A stretch of 64,000 nucleotides of DNA. Origin: Octopus sinensis. Its lineage: Eukaryota. The stretch lies in assembly GCF_006345805.1 (NCBI RefSeq), contig NC_043012.1, forward strand, positions 50,964,001-51,028,000, given 5' to 3'. Made by a program: the position numbers and the translations under genes. A model generated the notes under the pieces. The model was not told the origin of the DNA, ran no database searches, and saw nothing but the letters and a program-made list of their open reading frames with translations. Positions 40,101-52,018 of the stretch are shown here, piece after piece (position 1 is the stretch's first letter; every line of letters begins with the position of its first letter).

Positions 40101-40394
40101 ATGTCCATGCGAATTAGACGGTGAAAGCCACACCCCATCTGACATAATGAACCATACATCAATATACGAGCCTATACATTCACAAGCCTTGCATATATAT
40201 ATATATATATATATACAGTCAAGCTCAGAAATAACCACAAACTGACTGGGACTGAATGGTGACCATTTCAACAATTGCCACAACAACAACAAATATCTTA
40301 AAAATGCTTTCGATTTCGGTACAAAGCCAGAAATTTTAGAGCAAGGTAAATTGCCTACATCGAGCCATTGCTCAACAGATATTTATTCTTTTCT

Positions 40395-40778
40395 ACTCTA
40401 GGCACAAGACCCGAAATTTCATGACAAGTCGATTACATCGACCCCAGTACACAACTAGTACTTAATTTATCGATCCCGAAAGGATGCAAGGCAAAGTCGC
40501 CCTCGGTGGTATTTGAACTCAGAACGTAAAGACAGACAAAATACATATTTCTTTACTAACCACAAGGGGCTAAGCACAGACAGGACAAACATGGACAGAC
40601 AAACGGATTAAGTCGATTATATCGACCCCAGTGCGTGACTGGTACTTATTTAATCGACCCCGAAAGGATGAAAGGCAAAGTCGACCTGCGCGGAATTTGA
40701 ACTCAGAACGTAGCGCCAGACAAAATACCGCTAAGCATTTCGCCCGGCGTGCTAACGTTTCTGCCAGCTCGCCGCCTT
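40395..40778 (-). mobile_element. Two adjacent SINE alpha copies (partial 40395-40545, full 40548-40778)
   Basis: Each carries gtcgattacatcgacccc...ccgaaaggatg.aaggcaaagtc...atttgaactcagaacgta. A more decayed piece lies at about 40310-40390. Confidence 0.88.
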
Positions 40779-41149
40779 CAACAAATTTTTATTTTACGGT
40801 TCTTGAAAGAACACAAGAGTAATTAGAGTAATTAGAGTAATATTTGCTTCAAATGACCTATCCTTAAGCAGATGAAGTAGGTGTTCACAAATACTTTCAA
40901 GCAGTAGCATCAAGTGTAGCGCACAGCTCACATTGCACTTCGTGCAATGTTAAAAGAACGTGTGGGATTTCGTGTATAGGGTTTTCCTAGATAATAATGA
41001 GTATAAGAAAACCACACGAATAGCATTGCTATCATTCCTGTATCAATTGGACAGTCAGCAATGTACTAGCGTATCTTCTTCTAGCTTAAGTAGCTCCCAT
41101 TCGTCGTGTGCAGAAAATCCCTAGTTCGATAAGTTTATTAAGATATTTG

Positions 41150-41710
41150 TTATTAGTTAATATAATAATTTCCGTCTCCGCTTTGCTACCTTAATCGCAA
41201 AGGTATCAACTTCAAAGGCACGGTATGGTTTATCCTAGCTCTCTGACAATTTCTGCATGTCGCTAATCTTATCTTTCAAATTCTGTATATATGAAGCCAG
41301 TAAAGGAGTTGGAGTACATATGTACAGAAATGGTTTGATTTACGATGTGCCCTGTGGCACTTGTGTAATATATGGAACTACTGGAACCTAGACAATGACC
41401 TGGACAGAATCCAACGTTCCTAGAATCACTTCTAATACGTCAGCCCTTGAATGCCCACAGTACTCACCCTTGAGAAGTAATGTTTTCTCTAGCTATAATA
41501 GCAAATTTATTAATATAAGTTAGGTGAGATGGGCGCCATTCTTTATGTCGAATAGTATAGATGTGATACTATACTTGCTACTAAGGTTTTCAAAGGTGTG
41601 GCCTTCCCAACACTCATTACAATGACCTATTGTGTCTTCTTTTACAAGTCCTACTGCTTAGCACGTTATCATACTAGACTTCTCCACGCCAATGATATTC
41701 TTACTAATTT
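41150..41710 (-). mobile_element. Ty3/Gypsy integrase relic
   Basis: NIIGVEKS..GLVKEDTIGHCNEC (degenerate GHLGVxKT..WPG..DV..C..C zinc-binding region), then SRADVLEVIL and QVPQGTS*IKPFLY..YIQNLKDKI (resembling EVPQxSTGFSPFELL..Y...LRERL). Several stops; the assignment rests on motif recognition only. Confidence 0.5.
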
Positions 41711-43086
41711 GCATAACGTAGATATGAAATGAAGCAATTTAACATCTTAGTTTATTTTTCTATAAAAACATTGTAGAGTTGATCGATAACGTTATGCAAT
41801 TTGGCCAAATCCTTGTAAACCTTGCTAGGTTATTTACTGAAACATGTGTACGTTTTCATACAGTTTGAATTACCAGTTACAAGTGTCAATGTTTTTATTA
41901 ATATGTTATAGAAAATCTGTTTTGTGTGTGTCTTCTAGGATCTCGGGCATCCCCCATCCAATTGCGCTCCAATTTGATACGTAGATACCGACAGTATCAG
42001 AGCGTGTATAAGTCTTGAAAAAATTACAAAAATCGATTCCAGGTGACAATGCGATTGATAAAGCCGTTTTTGTCCTGCTTTTCTTCCGTCAACCTGTACA
42101 TAACTGCACATTCCATTTTTTGTTGTTTTTTTACTGCTTAAAGGCACGTTTCTTTCCTGCCAAGCTTACTATTTAAACCATGTTTGTGTTCTCCCAGTCA
42201 ACAGTCTTATCATTACTGGTACTTTAAAATCTTCGTTTGCATATTTGTGTGAATAAAATCGTTTTCCTTTAGAATAGAAAAATTCAATCTTTATTTCTTC
42301 TTTTGCTGGTGTCTCAAATTTAGGTTAAATCAGTGTTTCTCAAATGGGAGGCATATCGGACGGTCGGACAATTTGTTTTGAGAAAATTTGGTTTGAATGT
42401 TTGACAACTCAGCACCGTCCATTGGACGGGGGGTGGGGTGTTTTGCTCGTACTATATATGTAAGTATATATGTACACAGTATGCACTGCATTTAGAACAC
42501 AAAAAAGATATTAGACAAATATGGAATAATTTGTTACAAATTTTGCAATAGCATCTTTGGTTTTGTGATATATTTCATTTGTTCTTTTAAAACATTCTCT
42601 CTTCCACTTCCCCTCCGTTTACTCATACACAAGAATGTGTCTTAGTCTCCTGAGTTATATTCATTTCTCTCTTAGTATTACATTCGCTGAACTCGTTATA
42701 TATTTATACTGAAGCCTCAGAGCATGTTTAAGATAAATGATTGTTTAGGCCAATGTTATAGAAAAAGTCGTCTTGGACACCAGTTCTAGAGGAATTATTA
42801 ATCTGCCAGTCATCTTATACTCTTCTTATGTCACTTTCAGTTAACATCTGTTTGTTAAGAATATGTTTTTCAATAAATAATCATTCATATACGCACAACC
42901 AATTAACGCTATACAAAAATGATTATTTATCACAAATTCAGTATTAAAAGGTGAAAAGTTTATTATATGTTCATAATTTTTTTCTATGTAATTTTCCTTC
43001 CGATTTTTTCTATTTTACAGAAAGAATTCTCATGTAAATATACCAAAGTAGCTCAGACTTCAATAAAAATATGTATACACATATGC

Positions 43087-43123
<37 letters not shown>

Positions 43124-43759
43124 GACAGATAGATAAAGAGAGATAAAGAGAGATAAAAATAAATGGAAATAGAGAGAGGGAGAGGTGGGGAAAGAAAGAG
43201 ATGGGACTTTAAACTTAGTTGGATCCAGTACACAAATGCTTGATTTCTTCATAATCCGTGTATTCAATCTCCTACCTAGACCTGGTATAAATTGGTAGGA
43301 GCTAGAATACATTGGATTGATATTGTCGCTTCGTGTTCTAAACAGGTAGGCGAATAGGAAAGCTTTAATTCAAGGTGACGAAACACAGTTTCTTTAGGTG
43401 AAATTACTATCGCACCAATCAAGACAAAAAAGTGACTTGGCTACTAAGTTTTTGAAGCCCTCCCACAGCGAACGACTAATATTCTCTGGTAGCAGGAATT
43501 CACATGTAGTATCTGAGTGCTAACACATTGTATTTGTAAATCATTTATGTCACGCGTCTGTTGATTTCGACAATGTGAAAGGAAAGTTGATTATGATTTG
43601 TTGTAGAACAAATATAAGTGTTTTCTATTTCAGACCCATATAGTTTAGTGAAAAGCGAAAAACATAATGTCAGACACAACTTTGCACAGAAATTGCGAAG
43701 GGAGAGAAATATGCTAGATTCGAACGCTCAATTGAACTTATATATATATATAATCCTCC

Positions 43760-43970
43760 GCCACAAAAGAAACGAAGAACAAAATAAGAAAAAATAAATA
43801 ACACAGGGACTTGGTACTTGCAAAGTATTAGCAGATGCTCGGGGAAGCAAAGAAAGGTATATTTATGTTTCGAGCGAAGCTCTTCTTCAGAAGCAGAAGA
43901 CAGAGAAAAGTCCAAGAAAACGGGAAGATGGATGGGAAAAATCACCAACGATCCACATGTAGTTACACTC
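43760..43970 (-). mobile_element. Penelope-pLTR-like repeat with a degenerate minimal hammerhead at 43861-43893
   Basis: The minus strand reads CUU-CUGAAGA-A-GAGC UUC GCUC-GAAA-CA-UA-AAU. Confidence 0.5.
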
Positions 43971-45675
43971 CCCCCCCCACACACATATATATATTTATGT
44001 GCATATATATGTACCGAAATGATTCGATAAAAAAAATCTTTCAAGAGGTGACTTGTAGTGAAACGCATAAAAGCAAGTTAGATGCACAGTAAATTTATGC
44101 TGGACAAAATATGTATTATTTCATACAATAAAATATCTACATAGTCGACATGTTTCGCTCGTTAGGGATGATATTACAATTTCATGCTATCTTGAGATGT
44201 GTTCATTCCATTTTAGTCGGAAGAAGGATATTTTTGAATGAAACAGGAAGCAAATAAATTTTAGGGGAAGTAATCAGTGATTCTTATAATTAGAAGGAAG
44301 GGAGGTAATTACTTACTATGAAGGTGAATTGATAAGACGGATATTATTTTTCAATAAACGTAGTGTCTATTCAACCGTTATTCTACATAAGATGTTTCAC
44401 TGAATTGGTAAGGAGTTGAAATTTTGACCTTAGCTGGAGAATCTGCACACATATCTGTATGAATTCGCTGAAACGTATCTGCCTATATCTTTGGAAACGG
44501 AATGTTTACTCATGGAGCGTTCTCTGTCTGAAAGATATTCTTCCTTGACCTGTATAGATATGTTCACATCATGAACAAATTATGGCGTAGATTAACGTTT
44601 GCGGACAGTCAGTCTAACTTTTGAATATGAATTCCGGAATCCTTTTCTCATATAAGATGCAGTGAACTTATAGATGAGGTCTAAGGTGTGACATAGGTAC
44701 TCAACCATAAGTTCAATGTAAATTTTAGCAGAAACAGCTGTGAGGTAATGAAGTTCATTAAATGATTGTGTATTCTTTTGACATTCTTATTTTTATAAAT
44801 ATATGTAAATGTTTGTGTGTTTGCGCGTGGCTGGGTGTGGATACATATAAATATATATATACTCATATAGGTAAACATGCATATGGTATGTATATATATA
44901 TATATGTGCCTGTGTGTATATATACTTGTATATATGTACATATGTAAATACTTACATACACACATATATATATATACACATACTTATATATATTTATTTG
45001 TTTGTGTGTGTACATATAAATATATACATTTACTCAATACACATATATATATACGCATATATATACACACACACGCACACACACATATATATATATACAT
45101 ACACACACATATATATATATATAGATAGATAGAGAGAGAGGGGGATAGAGAGAGAGATTTGTGTGTATATGTGTGTGTGTGAAGGTGTAAGTTCATGCAT
45201 ACATATGCACGTGAGTCTGTAGGTACATACACACATAAATACATATACATACATTTCATTAATATATTTTTTGTGCTAATTACTGCGTGGAATATTTTTG
45301 TTAAAAAATAACGGCCGATGTCATGGACGTTTCTTCTATGTTATCATAACGTTTTGTTACAAACTATACGAAAAGAATTTGAAAAAAAAAAGCCACACCG
45401 AAGAATGAAATGTAGAGCACGGTTTAGAGTTACTTAATTTAATGTCTTCCAGTAATTTGAAACTGGAAAGTTTGACAAGTTTACTGTAAAGGACAAAATA
45501 TAATTTAGAGCATGATATCAGCTTACACTTCAAGAAATATTCCCGATTAAGAGATTGACTGAAGCCAAAAATAACAAATAATATATTCTATTTAAATTTT
45601 CTTTCACTCCTTTTTTTTTTTGCAATGAGTCTGAAATATAATTTTTCAAAGACACATTCTTCCAATAGAAATATA

Positions 45676-45739
<64 letters not shown>

Positions 45740-47129
45740 GAAAAAAGGAAGCAAAGTAAAGCAAATTCAGTTTCATTATGAAGAAGATTTGTATAGAAAC
45801 AAGTAAAAATTGTACATTAGGTAGCTATGCGTATAAATAGAATAGATTGGCAATACTGTTTTCTAATGAGATGGCAAATTTATTTTATTTTCCGTAATAT
45901 AAATCCAATTCAAAAAACATGCTATTCTGAAAGTCACTTGAAAATTATTGTTGATTCGGAGTTTATTTTACATATTTATTATACGTGAAACGTTTTCCTA
46001 TTTAATTTCCCTTATTTTCTATTCAAACATCCAGCACAATGACTTTTACCATATGTTGTTTGTAAGGTTTTTATTTATTACACATATTTCAATTTATCAC
46101 CTCTCAATTCTCTATTTGTTTATTACATTGTAAATTAAGATGATGCAGATTTTAAGCCTATTTCTGTTTCCGTAGTATTCTCCATCCTTATTATTTGTAT
46201 TGTATTTATTCTTTCCAAATTATATATTTTCTCTTTTTTCTAATTTGCATTTTCTACTGCTTTTTCATATTTCAATTTAAGATTTAGCATAGATAATTTC
46301 ATAGAACTCGTTGGCCGTATTCGACTGCCACTAATTTACTGTCACTTCTCCACCAATGACTTCGCAGATAATCACTAGAGACATTTGTAATCAAAAATCT
46401 AAATTCGTTTCGGACTTTTCTTTTCTTAATTTTGTTCAATTCTACTAGTACACTCTTTTCCCGTCTGTATTAAATAAATTACTTCATATTTCGTTCGAGG
46501 CATTTCTTTTACTCACTTCGTTTGATTCTTAGGTCAAATAAATACGCCCGGGTAATCAAATGTATCCCACTTTTCAGGAAATGACAGAATATTCAAAGGT
46601 AAATACAGCTCACACACACACACAAATTATTTTTTATCCATTGAAATCAATTTAAATTAATAATCGCTAAAATAAAAATATTGTAAACAAAAGAAATAAT
46701 TTAACACTCTTTGTTTATTCTGGAATATTTAAATAGATGAAAATCCTGTGTGCATTTTCATTGAACGAAGTTAATTATATTTCTGAACTTTTTCTCCCAT
46801 ATTTATTTGTATCATTTTATCTTTTATTGATTTCAAAATGATATGTTCTTAAAAATTGTTTTCTTTCCAGTTCTCACCTCAGGGGAAAAGTGTCAGTTTT
46901 ACTATATTTTTTTAAATAGAGTCTGCCAACATAAAACCTTACCTTAACTATTTTATGAATTGCATTGCGCTTTGTTTTATTCATTTATTATCTTCTTTGC
47001 TTCGTATTTTATTTAAAAAATTTATTTGCTAAAATAAACACAAAATAAAGGTATTATATAATTGAGCAAGTGTGTGTATAGGTTCATATATGTAGACATG
47101 CAATATATATTATGTGTTAGCGTGTATAA

Positions 47130-47169
<40 letters not shown>

Positions 47170-47386
47170 TTTCTATTCTTATATAATTATCCGTAAGTAT
47201 ATATCCAAAGCAGTTGTTTAGTAGATATGTGTGGTAAGGGGAACCGTTTCAAACTATCCCCTTAAATTTTGAATTTTAATTTTTAGCATAGAACGGTTTC
47301 AGCTACTGATGTCTGTGTATTGTGTGTATGTGTATGTATGTGCCTTTCAATCAATCTCTCTCTCTCTCTCTCACTCTCTCTCTCTC

Positions 47387-47449
<63 letters not shown>

Positions 47450-47489
47450 ATACATACATATATATATGTACAAATATACATATGTATAA

Positions 47490-47850
47490 ATTACTTGTTT
47501 CAGTCTTTAGACTGCAGCCGAGTTGCGATACCGTGTTGAAGAGTGTTTAGTGGAGTGATTCGACACCAGTACTTATTTTTGTATTGATTTCTTTGCCGAA
47601 TAGCTAATATCCGGGGCTGAAAACACACCGATACCTGTTTTCAAGCGGTGGTAATAACTCACACATACAAAAACGCACACACACCCTTGTATATCAATTT
47701 CGGTGTACTAAATCTAACCAGAATGTCCTAGCCGGCCCGGGGTATAGTAGGAGACACTTGCTAAGGGGCTTTATTTTATTTTCACTCTCACCCTGTGGAC
47801 TGAACTTCGAAGTATGTGATTGTGAAGCAAGCTACTTACCACACACCACG
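47490..47850 (-). mobile_element. SINE beta, degenerate near-full copy
   Basis: tttcagtc.ttagactgcagcc...gccgaa..gctaa...aacacaccgatac..caagcg...cccggggtatagtagga.acacttgc...aagctacttaccacac. Confidence 0.7.
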
Positions 47851-49692
47851 TCTGCTCCTATATATGGAACCATGGGATTGCACCTAAAAAGTTACCCTCC
47901 GTGGCACAGGTACGGGCAAGATTGTTTTATGGAAGACTAGTAGTCGCTCATGATATACCAGCCTCCCATCTCCACGTCATTAATGTTATCGAAGGGAATG
48001 GTGAAGGCCGATAAAGCTTGACATTAGTAATGTCGCAACTCATTTCTACGGCTGAGTGAACGGGAGCAACATGAATTAAAATGTCTCGCTCAAGAGCACA
48101 CACACACACACACATAGTGTGTGCGCGAGGGAGAGAAAGAGAGTGAGAGAGACCGAGAATGAAAGAATGAAAGAAAGACAGAAAGAAAGATAGAAAGAAA
48201 GAAAGAAAGAAGAAAGAAAGAAAGAAAGAACGAAAGAAAGAAAAGAATATGTGATGAAAATTGTATGTGTATTTACTCGTTTCTCCTCCATTCAAACTTT
48301 TGTAGGTCGGCATCTGTAGTGAAGGAATGGTGAAGGTGAAGAATTCAAAGCGATAATGATATAGCAAGGAAGGAATGACAAATGTAGTTATTGAGAGCGC
48401 TGGCATTCGAATCAATGCCAAAAAGCGTGTGTCGGTAGTGAGAGCGAGATTAAGTATGAACCGACTAGCTCCGATGGATAGAGGGCATTAGAGTAGTGAT
48501 GGAAAATATATTGCTGGGCAGACGCTAGTCAGTATAGTTATGATTTAATGTCAATGCATTGAGGCTTGCTCTTCATGATGCAATCCAATATGCGAAAATA
48601 GCTTCCAAATGTGGACCTTTAGAGCTGAAAAAATTTGTGGCTCTCCTGCAAAGACCTAATTTGGGGATATGCTTCTGCTTACGTTTATATTAATCTTTCA
48701 CTAAAACAAATCTCAATAACTGTTAAACTCCCGATTTCCAGCGGTCTTCATGAATTTGGTTCGGTGCCGCACATGTTTCTGTGGAAAAGTAGTATTTTCT
48801 TAGTATGAATAGTGCTTGAGATTTTTTCGGTTAGAATTAACGTTAGCGAATCTGAGGATTCTATCAAGTTCTACGATAAGGTAATAGCAACGCTGCTTCA
48901 TTTTTGTGTGCGTTTTAAACGTGTGCCAGGAAACTTCTGATGTGAAATATGGCACCATCAGCGAAAGATAGGGTTTTGTTGGGTATGATGGAATATTATA
49001 ATTAATACGCACCTGATTTGATTGAGAATGAGACAGAAAGACCTTGGTAAATAAATATTTGCATAGTGCGATATGATATGAGGATGATAATTCTTAAGAA
49101 GAGATATTGATGAAATAATGTAGAGGGAAGTTTTTGATGGGAAGGACGCATATCATACACAATTAAATATTACTTCCCCAGACTTCCACAAAACGATAAT
49201 TCATTAATGTGCAGTTAGAGTCTAGTTGGCTGGCTCTGAAATAAAAATTATCTACAGATGTTGAGTAAGAAAAATGTCTGGTCTACGATGCAGGGGGATG
49301 ATATTGTTAAAACCTGTCTACAATGAATTAGATTGAGGAATAGTTAGCTTAGCATATGGGTAGCTTAGCATGTTGGACATCTTTTGCAATGAGTTACAGT
49401 TAAATGTTCTCCCAAAATAAAAGATAGTGGGGTAGAGGAAGAACGAGCGAATTTATAAGATACGCAGAGATATATCATGTATGTTTCCCGATTTCTAAAA
49501 TGAAATTACAATTATTTAATCAACTGAATTTTTCCTCGACAATTTAATGAGTATGATGTGTTTAGCAAGATACATGCATACCAGTACAACAATTCTCAGG
49601 TGTGACATTTAGTGAAGTATCTAGACAATATGAGGCACGGTCTAATGAAAATGATGATGAGCCAGACGGGGATGATGAAAGTAAAAGAAAAG

Positions 49693-49727
<35 letters not shown>

Positions 49728-49760
49728 TGCAGAAGCAGCAACAGCAGTAGTAGTAGTAGT

Positions 49761-49802
<42 letters not shown>

Positions 49803-49825
49803 CAGCAGCAGCAGCTGCAGCAGTA

Positions 49826-49921
<96 letters not shown>

Positions 49922-49935
49922 GTAGTAGTAGTAGA
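49693..49935. repeat. (GTA)n microsatellite with a (GCA)n insert
   Basis: Directly visible. It explains the poly-V, poly-S and poly-L ORFs. Confidence 0.97.
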
Positions 49936-50604
49936 TTACACAAGTAATGAAGTGTTACTTTTGCACATGAAATGGATGAAATGATAAAAAGTCAATTCCA
50001 GTAATTTTAAGTGAGATTACAGAAATCGTAACAAACGAGGCATGGCATGCTATCCGACACCCTCTAAGACCCTGCCCAATAGTCATCTTAGGGAAAACAA
50101 TAAAACCAAATCGAAAGGTCGTGCATGAAGCATTTAGGGAGATATTTAGTTTATTTGGTACGGAGAAAGAAAAATTTCTTCATAAACAAAGTTACGTTAC
50201 CCGAGAAAAATATATATATTTGAAGTGGAAAAATTCAATTTGATTTATTTTATTCTGCGGACGTTAATGATAGCGGTCTTCTGATAAATGTCTGAAGACA
50301 ACACCCTCCAGCGACAGATTTTAAATAGGTACGTGAAGTTGAAGTTCAGTTACCCATCAACACTATATTTATATATGTACGTTAGTTTATATGCAAGTGT
50401 TCATGTATCTATCGATTCCCCATGCCATCTCTCTCTCTCATTCTCTCCCACTTTCACTCTTTCTCTCTATATAAATAAATATATATATATACACACACAT
50501 ATATATGCATATACATATATATATGTATATATATACATACACACATACACGCACACACATATACATATATATATACATATATATATAAATATATATAAAT
50601 ATAT

Positions 50605-50675
<71 letters not shown>

Positions 50676-51542
50676 CACACTTATTATGTATGTATAAGGA
50701 CGCGTGCGCGTTTCAGTGTATTTGTATTTGTGTGTGTATGTATGCGGATATGCGAGTACTGGTCACCATTGCGTGAATGTGCTTTTCAATTATTTTAGCA
50801 GTTATTCTGCGCAAATATTCAATTCTAATATTGCTGATAGCGGTCTTCAAGAAAATTTATGTAGATCTCTCCGGGCGATACACTCTTAATAATTAAATAC
50901 GTTACGTATGATTACTTTACCGCGTACACACTCACACACACACACGCACACACACGCACAAACACACTTGCACTCACATGTGTATTTGTATGTAGGTATC
51001 ATTTTCCTGCGCGCATGCGTGTGTTTGTATGCGTTATATTATTTAGAGAACACTACTGGCTCAATACATAAAAATATATTAAAACTTACAAAAAGCGAAG
51101 TGGCTTATTGAAACAGGGACCGACTCTGAGGTCTTAAGAGATACCGTTAATGGAGATGTTTATAATTATCATCCCGTTCTATTGACACATTCTATATCTA
51201 CTTAGTCCGCCTGGAATCGTAGCGTATCATGAGACATTTAGGAACATGACCGACTGCTCTTACTCATCACATTTTTTTAAAATGTCATTTTTTGAATAGC
51301 ATTTCCAGTGTCAACTGATTTGTGAAACGTGTCCAATTTTAGTATTTCATCATCACATATCTAATACAGGGAATTAAAAATACTGAAAAACATTCTAAAC
51401 TCGTTATTCTGCGTATTCTCAGTAAAGCTGAACCCTCATTTTCGCAATTCATCTTTTTGTTGAAACAAATTACATACCAACAAATGGAATACTTAAATGT
51501 TTTCATGTCAAAGGCTGATATAATCATAGATATAAGATGCAT

Positions 51543-51794
51543 TAAGAGGTGTCTATCATAGGATTATCTTACGCCGAAAGGAACAGCTAAAGACCAAACC
51601 ACTAATTAGGGATAAATTCTCGAAGACAATGAAAAATAAAAACATTTACCATCTATTTTCTGGACCGGTTTCTGACATTTTTTAGCAAATAGAATAATTT
51701 GCCAGGCGAAGTCTTCGTCAATAGGTACGCCATCCATTCAATAATTTATCCCTAATTAGTGGTTTGGACTTTAGCTGTTCCTCGACACCTCTTA
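51543..51794. mobile_element. MITE-like element of about 250 bp
   Basis: Terminal TAAGAGGTGTC / GACACCTCTTA (11 bp), plus a 39-bp subterminal inverted repeat 51580-51618 / 51743-51781 with one mismatch. No ORF. Confidence 0.65.
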
Positions 51795-51981
51795 CTGTGT
51801 TTAAATGTATGAATAATAATTTCTAAAATCTTTATTACCCTGATATTATTAATTAGATATAAGATATATATTTTTTTGATTGAAAAGAAATGTTATGGAC
51901 AAAAATACTAAGACGAAGTAAGTATCTAATTTGGAAGAAACACTTGTTGAAGATTTCGTGTCTATTTAAGACTCGTCAAAT

Positions 51982-52018
51982 ATAGGCACAGGAGTGGCTG
52001 TGTGGTAAGTAGCTTGCT
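51982..52018 (+). mobile_element. SINE beta 5' head, split off by the Tx1-like insertion
   Basis: ataggcacaggagtggctgtgtggtaagtagcttgct matches the intact head at 59385-59422 (reverse complement). The SINE resumes at 54224. Confidence 0.85.

Noticed and set aside
41460-41492. Minus-strand micro-exon ending AAGG|GTGAGT
   Set aside because: It lies within the reading frame of the Gypsy integrase relic, which explains the sequence more simply.
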